Assembly (NCBI GenBank): GCA_022605425.2
Contig: CM061248.1
Coordinates: 124,001 to 188,000 of the forward strand
Length of the DNA: 64,000 bases
DNA from: Hamiltosporidium tvaerminnensis FI-OER-3-3
Taxonomy: Eukaryota > Fungi > Microsporidia
Reading direction: 5' to 3'
Shown piece by piece: positions 36,434 to 48,715 of the stretch. The notes under the pieces were generated by a model. It was given only the letters and a program-made list of their open reading frames with translations, did not search any database and had not been told where the DNA came from. The stretch's first letter is position 1, and each line of letters opens with the position of its first letter. The translations under genes were made by a program, and so were the position numbers.

Positions 36434-38113
36434 TTATTTTCTGAGAATATAGAATATCACTCCACACACAGTTCCTATAACAGTTAATATAATCAGTACA
36501 CAAATTAAATCTGGTAAATTGAATTTTTTATTTGAACTTGATGCGTTGACTGTTATATGTCGAGTTAAATCAAGTTCCTTAAATACCAAATAAATAATGT
36601 AATCATTCATTGCATCCGAAGAATCATTAAACCGAATTATATTCTTCTCATCAAGAAACTTTCGAATTTTCAACTCTAAGAATCGCTTAGATGAATAATC
36701 TAGGAAAAATATTGTTACAAGCATCAATTTTATATCAATAAAAGCCTTCATAATTCTTTTTCCTACCAAAATACTATCATTTCGATCTAAATTATACCTG
36801 ATTTGAAAATTTTCCAATGTTTTTCTTATATTGTTATTTATGGTTTGAACTTGATGTAGAACTTTACTTTCGATATTATTTTCTACATATACTTGTGATA
36901 CAATATCAACCAAAAATATTATTTCAAATATAATTCTAAGATATGCTTCAAATGAAATATTTTTAGGTATTAGACATGAAGATTTTATACAAACCAAAAT
37001 CTTGATGTATTCGTGATATTTTATGTCAATTATTTCTGCTAAGAATTTATAAACAGAAATTATTTTGTTAAATTGATCGTTTGCTACAAATAAAACTAAT
37101 ATATATTCTGGAAAAAACAAGTCCGGTTGATTAAAATAACAGTCTGGTCTTTCTTTTGCAAATCTAAAAACCTTTTCGAATATATTGACGTCGCTTGATA
37201 ATCTCTTGAACGTTCGATCAAATATATGATTATAGAGAATTTCTTGACACTGCAAATCAAATTGAGTAATTAATTCTTGAGGAAACCATAGAGATGTCTT
37301 TACTAAATTTTGGTATAAATCATCATCTAAGGTAAAATTATAAACGAAGAAAGGCTGCTCCAGAGTATATGTATTATTCTTGAACAGCAAATGATATTTA
37401 AGCGTGATTATCAACGAAAAGAGTCTCTCAAATGAGCTTTTTGAAACATGGTCTAGGATTTTTTTATTTATGCTATCATCTCTTGAATTAGCTAGCACGA
37501 ATCTATCTAATTTACTTTCATAAAGAACTCGATTCATACTTTTAAATTTTATTGATTCGTTAAATATGATCCTAAAAAGGTCTTTTTGCTCCTCAACTGT
37601 ATATTCTGTTCTAAATATACCCGAGGTTATCTTATTGATTTCAACATTGATTAAGCCTTCTTCCATAGCAGCTAGAAAATCGTAAAATATAAGATTACTT
37701 TTACATAATTCATAGAGTTTACAAGCCGCTAATATATTAAAAAGGAATTCTATATTACACGTTATTCCCTCTCCTTCATTGCGATTCGATTTAGAGCCAT
37801 GACCAAGTAAACTACAAAGAATGCAAGTATAATATAATATAAAACCGTGCATATTCTGATCAAAATATTTGTACACTTTTCTAATATAAAATTCAACTTT
37901 TGGTATAACACGTTCGTAATATTCATTGGAACAATAAGGAGTTATTTTTTGCAATACATCACTTACATTCGTATCATATTCGCATTCACACTGGACAGAC
38001 AGGTTATTTATATCAGATACTAAAGGATCCACTAATAAAGCATCGAAAATGTAATTCCCCGTAGCATTTACCACATAATAGTAAAGAAACATGCAAAAAA
38101 TAATTAAATTCAA
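36434..38113 (-). CDS. Hypothetical protein with N-terminal hydrophobic leader and C-terminal TM helix (type I membrane/surface protein)
   Basis: 559-codon ORF; C-terminal LICVLIILTVIGTVCGVIFYIL-RK; start uncertain (TTG at 38113, first ATG at 38092). Confidence 0.72.
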   Translation of the reverse strand: MNLIIFCMFLYYYVVNATGNYIFDALLVDPLVSDINNLSVQCECEYDTNVSDVLQKITPYCSNEYYERVIPKVEFYIRKVYKYFDQNMHGFILYYTCILCSLLGHGSKSNRNEGEGITCNIEFLFNILAACKLYELCKSNLIFYDFLAAMEEGLINVEINKITSGIFRTEYTVEEQKDLFRIIFNESIKFKSMNRVLYESKLDRFVLANSRDDSINKKILDHVSKSSFERLFSLIITLKYHLLFKNNTYTLEQPFFVYNFTLDDDLYQNLVKTSLWFPQELITQFDLQCQEILYNHIFDRTFKRLSSDVNIFEKVFRFAKERPDCYFNQPDLFFPEYILVLFVANDQFNKIISVYKFLAEIIDIKYHEYIKILVCIKSSCLIPKNISFEAYLRIIFEIIFLVDIVSQVYVENNIESKVLHQVQTINNNIRKTLENFQIRYNLDRNDSILVGKRIMKAFIDIKLMLVTIFFLDYSSKRFLELKIRKFLDEKNIIRFNDSSDAMNDYIIYLVFKELDLTRHITVNASSSNKKFNLPDLICVLIILTVIGTVCGVIFYILRK

Positions 38114-38779
38114 TATATATATAATTTATTTTTTTCTTAATATGATAAAATTGATAAAAATATCAATTATCGTTAAAACTATTTGATAAAAATATTTTTC
38201 GGTTGTTTCTTAATTAATTTTTTATTAATCAAATCATTATATTCTACAGTGCTCATAGAACCATTAATTTGTCTTTTATCAAATTCTAAGAAAGTTTGTA
38301 ATTTTTTAGTATTTTATAACAACTAAACCTTTCCATATTTTTGGCCTCTTTTGAATTTGATTCTGGCGAAAAGTAAAATCTACCAGCCACAAACCTGCTA
38401 AATCGAATTGTGTCTTTATAAAATTTGAGTTTTATGTTTTTTTTGGCAAAAACGAATGTTCAGCGAGAAAATAATTTTTTTGTGGTAATTAAAGGTTATT
38501 ATTTTGAGCATATTTTAAACTAAAAGAAATTGAAACTTATTTAAAAAAAGTAAAAAAGTAAAATTAAAAAAATTATACGAAAAAAAATTGTTAAAAAGAA
38601 CAAAAACATAAAAAAAAATTTTAATCATTATGTTTAATCATAGTTCTATGATATATTTGGTTTCTCCTATCCTTTTTATTTTTTCTACAAATATGCCCAC
38701 TCTTTTGTATTATAAAGGATAATATAAAACTTCAAAAGTAAAGAAAATAGATTTAAATATTGAAATGAATAATCATTTT

Positions 38780-39330
38780 CTAGGATTCAATTCAAATAGT
38801 TGAATCTAAAAATCTTAGAAGTATGACCATCTAGCTAATGAGTTATGTCTTGTTTATAATCGTAATGTTGAGATAGTCCTTTATGTGATAAAATCTGATT
38901 GGAGTGTGGCAAAATAAAATAAACACACCCAAAAATGACGGCAAATACTCCATAATATAAAGGCATAGATTCCTTGAAATACTTACGAAGACGGTCGAAA
39001 CATTTTCTCAGATCGACGAAGAAGACTTAAGCTGAGAAAAAATGCTGAAGAGAGCTAAAAAGGTGCGTCAATGGGTGGTATAAAGAGATCTGGGATGCAT
39101 AAGGAAACAAACCCACCTTTAAAACAAGCCAGCAACGACAATAATTGTGCTAAACATGCTAAAACTAAAAATTATAGACCCTTTTTCAGAAGGAGGACCT
39201 CGTTAGATGAACCGACCATAAACATAAATGATGAGTCAAATTTAGAAGACGAAAGATGTTAGTAAAAGAGGTAAAAGAAAATATAAAAATAAGTGAAAAT
39301 CGAGTTAACTCAAAAATCTTTTAAATAAAA
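38780..39330 (+). pseudogene. Decayed 3' fragment of the RLE non-LTR element
   Basis: TTCAAATAGTTGAA.CT.AAAA.CTTAG.AAGTATGACC.CTAGCTAATGAGTTA, GATCGACGAAGA.GACTT and GAACCGACC match 43220-43760. Confidence 0.8.
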
Positions 39331-39904
39331 GAAATATTTCTAAGTTACTAAAAAGCCTTTTAAATTATAAGGTTTAGCAAAACACCTTTTTTTCTGGTTT
39401 TATTTACATGCTTTTATCTCGAGTTATGCAATTTAACAAGGGAATGCACTGGAGAACAACGAGTGAAGAATAAAATAATTTCAAAATTTATGTAAATTTC
39501 TATGAAGAAATTCTTTCAATGCCGATCAAATAGAATAAGAGAATCTTATTTAAATTGAAAAGGTTTTAAATTTAAATGCGAAAACATTGGTTCAGGAGTG
39601 ACAATGTCATTTTATAACAGCTTTTATATTTTTGGAAGAGAACGCAGAAAAAAACGACATTTGTATCATAAATGAAAATCTTTTTGACATAATTTTATTC
39701 CTTTATTGCTATATTAAGCTGGTATATATCGAAATAGAAAAGAAAAATAAAATTGTTCTAAATTACAAACCAAATTAATAATAATTCCTTTTTTTTCTCG
39801 ATCGGAATAATAAATTTTAAGCTTTTATTTCTAAAAGCTCAAATTTTTTATTTTAATATAATGATTTCTATTTTAATTTTTAAGATAAAACTTTATTTTT
39901 AAAC

Positions 39905-40950
39905 CAAAGCCATGAAAGAATTTAGTATTCCTCCTAAATTGATTAGATTAACTAAAGTGACAATGTCTGGATCGAATTGCAGAATCGGAGTAAAGTCGAC
40001 TCTATCAGAACAAGTTAAAATCATTAAATGATCTAAAGCAGGATGACGTACTGGCGTGTCAACTATTTAATTTGTCTCTAGAAAAAGTAGTCCGTGATTC
40101 AGGTCTGCAGATTGTAGGTCACATATTTAACGAGCAAATTCAAATCCTAGTACACCTGATTATATTGACCTTATTGCAAGATCAGAAGCTAGTCTACAAA
40201 GAGCGTTCATAGCCTTGGAATCTGCAGCCAAGAAAATGGGCCTGATTATTAACATCTGAAAGACCAAATATATTACATTATGTAATGGCCGAAGACCCCC
40301 ACAATTCCAAGTCTGGTATTATATCTTTGAAACAGTAGAAGATATTGTTTATTAGAAACCCGAATAGACGTAAACAACAGCTTTTCTATAGAAATTGAAA
40401 GAAGAATTCGGCGGCCAACAAGTGCCACTATAGTCTCTTTGAACACTTTAAGTCCAAGCTCATCTCTAGGAAGAAAAAAGTCATGCTCTATGAAACGCTG
40501 CTGAGACCTATTCTTATGTATAGGTCAGAATTTTCAGTTTTGAAGAATATTGATGAGCAGAGAGTAGCGGTGTTCGAAAGAAAAGTAATGAGACGTATTT
40601 ATGGATCTAAAGAAGAAAATGGCAGGTGGAGGAAACGCCACAACAGGGAATTCTACACCGAATTGAGGAATATGTCAGTATTAGACTTAATCTGCCTGAA
40701 CAGACACCGTTGGGTAGGACATCTGCTAAGAATAAGACAACATCGCATACCTTCCAAGGTTTTGAACCCTATACCAGTCTAAAAATGGAAAGTGGGAAGG
40801 CCCAAGACTCGCTGAATTGATCAAATCGAAATGACCGGCCGATTTATGAGATTAGAAGACTGGTGGAAGGTTGCGCTAGAAAGAAACCGGTAGGCGACAT
40901 TGCTGAGGGAGGCCAAGGCTCATGCAGGGATGTAGTTAGGATGATAAAAA
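39905..40950 (+). mobile_element. RTE-clade non-LTR retrotransposon, 3' fragment (pseudogene)
   Basis: AMKEFSIPPKLIRL, LKQDDVLACQLFNL.LEKVVR, IDLIARS, MGLIIN..KTKY, LYETLLRPILMY, FERKVMRRIYG, RWVGH, GRPKTR; stops and frameshifts present. Confidence 0.88.
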
Positions 40951-41420
40951 AATATTTTTTGTATTGCTAGTGCAATAGAAAGTTGAAAGTTTGTTAAATA
41001 TATATAATTTGTAAGGATTTTTTCTATTTTTTTAATCTACCAATTTCAAGTCTGTAAAAAACTGTACAAATATGAAAATCTACTGATTGGAAAAGTGCTT
41101 CATTAAATTCCCTTTTGTAACAAACACAGCATATTTTACCCTTCACTTACTTGTTAATAGAATTAATTAGCTTAAAAAATAGCATTGTTTAAATTTTTCA
41201 TTATGTAACCTTTGAGAAGCAATTTTGTTCTTTTGATATTCTGGAGGCACTATCCCTAGTAAACATATAATTTTCATATCAAAATTATTTATACGTAAGT
41301 TTGTAATTCTTTTCATTAATTCATTCTCTTATCAGCCAATCCACTCTTTTAACATTATTTTTTTCTGTTTTAATTTTCCTTTAAATTTTTTGCAAATAAA
41401 AATAATTCTTAATTACCCCA

Positions 41421-42021
41421 ATGAATGATGAACTCAAAAAAAATATATTAAAGTCGGTTCTAAATAAGAAAGATAAATTATTTCTAGAAATTATTTTTAG
41501 CGCAGAATATTGCGCAATTTACAATTTTAAAAATGATAAATGGGAAGATGTAAACGTAGAAGGTTCATTACATTTATATCAAAGAAAATCCAATCTACAA
41601 AAAGCTTATATATGTGTTCAATAGAAAAGGACGAAATGATATCTTATTAAATATAGAAAATGGATGTAGTTACTGTTTACAAGATAGTTTTGTCATATTT
41701 AAAGATTACCATTACAATTTTACAGGTATTTGGTTCAGTAAAATAGAAGAAGCAAAAAATTTCTGTGAAAATATAAAAATAATTTCCAACGAAAATAAAA
41801 TTTCTACAACAGATTCTGAATGTAAATTGTATTGCCCAGATGATGTAAGTATTAGAGACAATCATTCATTTAATAGTGAAACATTTCAATCTATATCCTG
41901 CGATAATATTTATTTTGATGAATCAAACTCTTCCAAAAATTTTTGTATCTATGAAAATTCAAGCGATAAAAATGATGTCTTAGAAAGTGAAAGTGTCCTG
42001 ACTCATGGATCAAAAACGTAA
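41421..42021 (+). CDS. DCP1: mRNA decapping subunit Dcp1 (EVH1 domain), frameshifted at ~41595
   Basis: AEYCAIYNF...KWEDVNVEGSLHLYQR, then in the next frame LIYVFNRKG...GIWF...E; CCCC immediately before ATG. Confidence 0.8.
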
Positions 42022-42092
42022 TATTATATTAATGTACAGTAAATGTAATTTATAGTTTCTTCTAAAAGTTAATTCTACAATAAATTCTAACA

Positions 42093-42123
42093 AATTTTAA
42101 CCCAGAATTTTATTAAATAAAAT
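42093..42123 (+). mobile_element. Minimal 3'-end remnant of the RLE element
   Basis: ATTTTAACCCAGAATTTTATTAAATAAAA identical to the element 3' terminus. Confidence 0.6.
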
Positions 42124-42688
42124 ATTCTCTTTTTTAATTTGGAATTCCATTGAATATAAATTTTATGGCTTTTTTGAATCTTAATTTAACTTCTATTCTA
42201 ATTTTAAATGTTTTTTTATAAATATTTTGATTGGTATTTCTATCTTAAAAAAATAAAGAATCTATCAAATTATTATTTTAAAAACTATATTTAATAAAAT
42301 TTTGATATCATAAGCAAATATAGAATATTTTTTTTAGTTCTGTAACTCACATTCCTCAATCAATTACTTTATATTTTTAATTCAAAGTAAAAGAAAATTA
42401 TATTTAAACACAAACTGAGCAGTTATAAGTTCTTTGGTATTAAATTAAATACTTTTATTTTACTAAATTATGGTCTTTGCATATTCAAAATATCTGAAAT
42501 ATGGATTGTTTTTAAATTATTTTAAAACTTTAAATTTAAACTTATTTTTTTTATAAATTAAAAGTTGAGTTACAAAATTTAATAAAGTCTTTAGTAAAAT
42601 TCATAAAAATACTTTGAAATTAAGAGAATGTATAAGAAATTAGAAATTAATAGATAAATTATTTTAAATACTTTTATTAAAGCTTTTG

Positions 42689-43766
42689 AGAAGCTCAACT
42701 TGCAAAACTATATAACGAAATAGGAAAACGAAAACTCCATTCAAAGTTATATAATACAACGAAAAATGAGGTTGTAAGTGTTAGTGCCTCTTCAAGATGG
42801 CTAAAGAGAGGAAATATTAGGCCACGAAATGAAGCTGTGTTCTGCTATATCCAGGATAGAAATGTATTCTGGGGAGCAGATGGTGTGTGTCAACATTGCG
42901 GGAAGTCTGGTAAGACTGTAGATCATCTAGTAATTAGATGTGATAAAATGCTAGGCGATGATTACACTAGACGGCATAATGAAGTGGTTAGATGCCTACA
43001 CCTACTTCTTATAAATAGATATAAGTTTAAGTCTTCAAAACGAATAAGGAGTCACTCAGTTCAAGAAATTCTTGATAATGAGTATGCAGAGATAAGAGTG
43101 GACACCAGAATTAGAAAATGATGTTAAAATTCGGAATAACAGACCGGACATATTTATTTTAGATAAGAAGAAGAATAAGATAACACTCATTGAAGTAGGA
43201 ATCACTTCCCAAGATTCACTTCAAATAGTTGAAACTGAAAAACTTAGGAAGTATGACCTGCTAGCTAATGAGTTAGGTCTTATTTATAAGTGTAGTGTTG
43301 AGATAATCCCTTATGTGATGACCTGGGACGGTATTGTGACAAAATACCATAAATCTTATCTTAAAAGACTAGAAATACCCATGAATGTAGAGGCATACAT
43401 TCAGTCTATAGTACTTAAGAAAACAGTCGAAACAATTTCCTTTGATCGACGAAGAGGACTTGAGTCAGGACTAAATGCCGAAGAGAGCTGGGAGAGAGCG
43501 TCAATGGGTGTTATTATGAGATCAGAGATGCATGAGGAACCAATACCCCCTTTAAAAGAAGCGAAAAGAGAGGAAGATGGTGTTAAAACTTTTAAAACCA
43601 AAAAATAATACACCCCTTATTTCACAAGGAGGAACCACTTTGGAGGAACCGACCAATAACATAAATGAAGAGTCGGATTTGGAAGAAGAGACAAAAGTGG
43701 TTAAAGAGGTATAGAAAACATATAAAAATGGTAAAAATATTTTAACCCAGAATTTTATTAAATATG
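42689..43766 (+). mobile_element. 5'-truncated copy of the RLE non-LTR retrotransposon (zinc knuckle, endonuclease, 3' end)
   Basis: Highly similar to reverse complement of 17912-18990; CQHC...H...C, RRHN, RPD; 12-bp TSD TTAAAGCTTTTG at 42677-42688 and 43767-43778. Confidence 0.92.
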
Positions 43767-43983
43767 TTAAAGCTTTTGCTTGTAAAAATCTTAGTAGTAA
43801 AGAAATCAAAAGAAAATATACTTTTTTTATTTTGTACTATCTAAGATTTTTAAACTGATAAAAATATTTTAATAAAGTTGGAATTTTAATTTGAAAAAAT
43901 GTAAAAGTGAATTCTTGAATTATAAAAGGAAATGAAAGATGGTTTTCCAGTCAATTTTTTTGGTTATATTTACTCCTTAAAGT

Positions 43984-44724
43984 TCATGAATAAGAACTTT
44001 ATTTAAAAGTATCACATCTTTTTTAAAATAGTGGCAAGTGTTATATTTGTTTTTATGACATTAACGCAGTTCTAGGTTTAACATAAATGACTGCTACCCC
44101 AACACTCCATCGGTAACCCCTGCGATACCTACGTCCCAAAGCCTTTCATCTACCAGGTGTGTAGAACCTAATTACTAGGCGAGATAGTTGCCCGGAGTTC
44201 GTTAATGTACGTTGCATGGAGTGTGATCGAAGGCCGAGGCCCCCCCTGGGCTCCCCCAAGACTATGCAGCATTCCCACTTACTCTACACTTTCTGAACCC
44301 AATAAACTTCTAGCTAAGATATATTTCAGAGATTTACATGGGGTCCACCTAGACAGTGCAATGTCATACCAACAGGTATAACCTGCTACTTAGCTTCCTG
44401 GCTTTATATGGTTTTTGTTTTGTATCTCCCAGGCGCTAAGTCTTCTAACCCGAGTGAGCAAGGCTAGGTTTCCATGCTTTTACATGGCAATTACCTACAT
44501 TTCAGCTGCGGTCTGCAATCTGGTTACATAAAAAACTACAAATAAATTTGTAGAAAAAGTTTCTCCATCTCTTAGACCTCCCCTCCTCATAACAACTCCC
44601 ATGGAACAACCAAAGATGTAGTGTGGTTTTATTCCCACCAAAAATCCAAACAATGATCTCACACCAAGTTTCACACACTCATTGCCAAGCAGAAAGTTTT
44701 TTATGTGGTTATCCTCCCTCCACA
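43984..44724 (-). mobile_element. SINE-like family A, full length (~740 bp)
   Basis: 16-bp TSD ATTTACTCCTTAAAGT at 43968-43983 and 44725-44740. Confidence 0.9.
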
Positions 44725-44899
44725 ATTTACTCCTTAAAGTAAATATTAATTAGGGTTATTTTTAAATTGGTATGAATGCAATTACGTTTATACATTATCC
44801 AATAGAAATTTGGTATAAAAAAGTAGAAATTTAATTTTTGTCAGCAAAAATAAAATATTTGGTTTTTTTAATTATGAAAAATATTTTTATTGCATAAAA

Positions 44900-46950
44900 A
44901 TGAAGAACAAACCTGCATTTCTATTTGAAAATAATCTAAAGAGTAAAGAACTGAGTATACCGTTTCATAAGCAAATCAAAACGAAGAAAGACGAGTTATG
45001 TGAGGAGTTAAATATTATATTGGAAGATATGGAAAATGAAAACTTTGAAGAAGATGTAAACAATGAAATAAATGAGAATTTGGAAAATGAAGAAAATGCG
45101 AAAGTTAAAGATATGAAAGTTGAAGATATGAAAGATAACGATTTGAAAAATGAGGATATGAAAAGTTGAGGATAGTAAAAGGTAACCATATGAAAGTTGA
45201 GGATAAAATTCCGAGTGACGGGGAAGATTCTATAATAAACTACTGGTATTGGGGAAACTTCTTTGTTACCAGATTTTGATACTTTTATATCTAAAAGTAT
45301 ATTTTTGCCTAAGAAAAATGAACTAATTAAAGATAATAATTTTAATGAAAATTTGTAAAAGTACAATACAAAGTGAGAAATCAAGAGAAAATAGTTCTTT
45401 GATATCTGAAAATAATTTTAATAAAATTTGTAAAAGTACAATACAAAGTGAGAAATCAAGAGAAAATAGTTCTTTGATATCTGAAAATAATTTTAAGTAA
45501 AATTTGTAAAAGGGAAAGACAATTCAATCTAGAGAGTGAAAATATGCTAATTAAGGAACAGTCAAATCGTGAAAATCAATGTTTAGATTTTTTAGAAGAT
45601 TTTATGGTAAATTTACCTTGCCGGGTTAAAAAATTGAGAGAGTATTGGAGATATTTAGAAAATGAAATTAAAATTTATAAAAAAAAATATATAGATTTAG
45701 AAAAATCGTATAATTCTACAAAATTTCTATGTGAAAATAAGACAAAAGAAAATTACAATTTGCAATCCAATATCAAAATGTTAGAAAATGAAACTCATAA
45801 ACTTAAAGATGAAAATTATAAGTTTACTACTGAGGTAGGTGTTCTTAGAAATGCATCTGATCAAATGAAAAATGACTTTAAAATGTTAGAAAATTTAAAT
45901 TTTAATTTGAATGAGCAAATAAAAAATGCCAATTATAAAAACAAAGTACTTTTAATCAATAAATTATTGGCTAAAAAAATCATTACCGATTCATTTTTTT
46001 TAAATGAAATTGTTTCATCAAAACTTACCAATTCCATGAATGAAAACAAGATTTTGGAACTTAAAGTGAAAAATATAAACATTAAATTAGACACTGAAAA
46101 AAACCATGTAGATTGTTTATTAGATACAATTAGAAATCTAGAGGATGAAGTTTTAGAATACAAAAAGAAATATTTTAACGATTTTTTTATTTTTAATACA
46201 GAAATTCAAGAAAAAAATATTAAATTTTCTGAATTGAAAAATAATTCAGATAAAGATACATCAAAGATATTTGAACTAACAAATTTAAACAAAAAATTTG
46301 AAGCGAAAATAAATAATAGCAAAGAAACCACGAAGGTGCTTGAAAAATCTCTATTAGATTTAAAAAATGAAAAAAATACCTTAGAAAATGAATTAAATGT
46401 TTTAAAGATAAATGAAGATAAACACAATACTCACCGAAAAGATTTGACTACAGAAATAGACAAACTAAAAGCTATAATTGAGGAAAATGAAAGCAAAATA
46501 AAATATTTAGAAAAAGAAAATGAAAAAAATATATTGGAAAAATCAAAATCAACCAAAATAATTCAAACAAAAACTTTTAATGAAAATGTTCTTTTAAAAA
46601 ATAAATTGCATGGAATAGAAAATCTTTTTCATAAAGAAAAGCGTAAAAATATTTTTTTGGTAAATTTAATACAAAAAATACAAACAGAAACTCAATCTTT
46701 AGAAAACGAAGTCAATTTTATAATTGACAATGTCTTTGAAAATACCAAAATATTCAAATTAGAATTTAATAATTTAATAAAATCGCATAAGAATGAAATG
46801 GAAAAAACAAAAAGTAATTCTGAAAGAAAAATCAAAGCACTAAACCTAGAACTTAGAAAATATAAGAAAAATTTAAAAAGTAAAAAAGTTAAACCCTCAG
46901 TTGAAGAACCACTGGATTCTGATCTTTGGAGTGTGTTTAATGAAGAATAA
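44900..46950 (+). CDS. Long coiled-coil protein; 5' part broken by several indels in A-runs and a ~75-bp tandem repeat
   Basis: ORFs 44900-45169 and 45544-46950 are joined by readable coding sequence (MKVED repeats, ICKSTIQSEKSRENSSLISENNF x2); heptad E/K/L/N composition. Confidence 0.65.
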
Positions 46951-47479
46951 TAAATTATTATTTAAATAGTTTTATATTGTAAATTTAATCTTAAACTTTG
47001 ACTTATTGTGAAAATAAAAATATCCTTAAAATAGTTTATATTCTAAATTAAATCTTAAATTTTAACTTATATTAAAAATTAAAATATCCTTAAAATGCTT
47101 ATCTTATAAAATAGTTCTGTGATTAAAATTTATTAATTAAATTCAGATTAAAAATACCCTTTTAATGCTTACCTTATAAAATATTTTTGAGAATAAAAAT
47201 TTATTTAATTAAATTCATATTAATAAAATACCCTTAAAATAATCTTGAAAGACTTATGACGGATGATTTAAAGAAATATTTAGAACAATAAAAAGTATAG
47301 AACTATGTAAAATATACACAAATTATATTTAAATCTAAAAAATCAAGTTTGGCTGTAGAATGGTTTATATGGAAATTTAATAATTATGAAACCAATGAAA
47401 AAAAATATATTTATAAAGTAAATATGACACTTAGAAACATAAATTGACAAAAATTTAACTAATACCATTAATTTTTAAC

Positions 47480-48150
47480 AGTAAAGCATATGGCATGTTG
47501 CTTTCTTGATATTGACGCAGTTCTAGGTTTAATATGGATGATACCTTTACAAAACACCATTGGTAGCCCATATATATTTACATAAAAATTTTAATAAGAA
47601 AACTGTTTAGAACCTACTAGATAGACGAGATATTTTTCGAGAATTGTTAATTCTCGTTTATCGGAGGATTATGAAGTAGAGAATCTCCTTGGGCTTCTCG
47701 ACGCAAGCAGCATTCACATTTACCTTATACTTACTTAACCGAATAAATCACCACCTAATATATATCTCGGAGACATATATAGGACCACCTAGACGTTTCA
47801 ATATCCTACACATAGGTAAATACTACTTACTCTTCCTGAAATTCCAAAGCAAATGTTTTTTTTATCTCTACAGAGATCAGATTCTTTCCAAGACCAAAAG
47901 GGCTAGTTTTCCATGTTTTTACATTGCAATTCTTACAAATATAATCCGGTTTTCACTCAATTCCATAAAAAACCACAAAACAACTTTACAAAAATTTTAT
48001 CATTTTTATACACGTTCTCTTCCATAAAAAATACTTAGAATTTTCGAAAAAAATGATGGTTTTTATTCCACCAGAATTATAAACATTTATTTCAAAACAA
48101 TTTTACCTAATTATTACCAAGAAAATGGTTTTAATTTTGTTATTTGCCTT
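47480..48150 (-). mobile_element. Old degenerate copy of SINE-like family A
   Basis: CGCAGTTCTAGGTTTAA, TAGAACCTA, TGGGCT, GCAGCATTC, CCACCTAGAC and GGCTAGTTTTCCATG are colinear with family A. Confidence 0.75.
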
Positions 48151-48234
48151 TCATATAATAGACAAATAAGATGTATAATTTATTTTTTTAAATCTTAAAT
48201 TAGTGAAATTTTAATTATGAGTTTTAGTTTGAAT

Positions 48235-48715
48235 TATTAGCAAATGAGTTAGGTCTTATTTATAAATTAAGTGTTGAAATAATTTTTTAAGTGATGAAAT
48301 GGGGCAGTATCGTAAGAAAATACCATAAGACGTATGTTAAAAAGAATACAAATACCCATAAATATAGAGGCTAGTCAGTGGTGCTCAGGAAGATAGTCGA
48401 GACAATTTCTTTTGATCAACGAAGAGTACCTGTATCGGAACAAAATGCCGAATAGAGTTTAGGGGAAGCGTCATTAGGTGTCGACGAAAGAGTCGAGAAG
48501 CATAAAGAACCATCACCCCTTTAAAAAAAGTGAATATCCAGGAAGATGGTGTTAAAAAAGAAAATCCCAAAAACATTTTGCTTTTTATTTTCGATAACGT
48601 AGCCACAGTGAAAGAATCGACAATAAACAGGAAGGAAAACTCCGCTTTAGGAGAGGATAACTAAGTGGTTAAAATAATGTAAAAGAGACAGATTTTTTAA
48701 CTTAGAATGTAATAA
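48235..48715 (+). pseudogene. Decayed 3' fragment of the RLE non-LTR element
   Basis: AATGAGTTAGGTCTTATTTATAA, AAATACCATAA, AAATACCCAT, CAATTTC.TTTGATC.ACGAAG, GGAAGATGGTGTTAAAA. Confidence 0.8.

Noticed and set aside
44030-44050. TAACAC in family A RNA as the template for the GGGTGTTA inserts
   Set aside because: Only a 6-nt match lacking the CCC; expected by chance
44310-44345. Group I intron R/S-like words (AAGATATA, TTCAGAGA) in family A
   Set aside because: Wrong order, no P/Q elements, and on the strand opposite to the retroposed orientation
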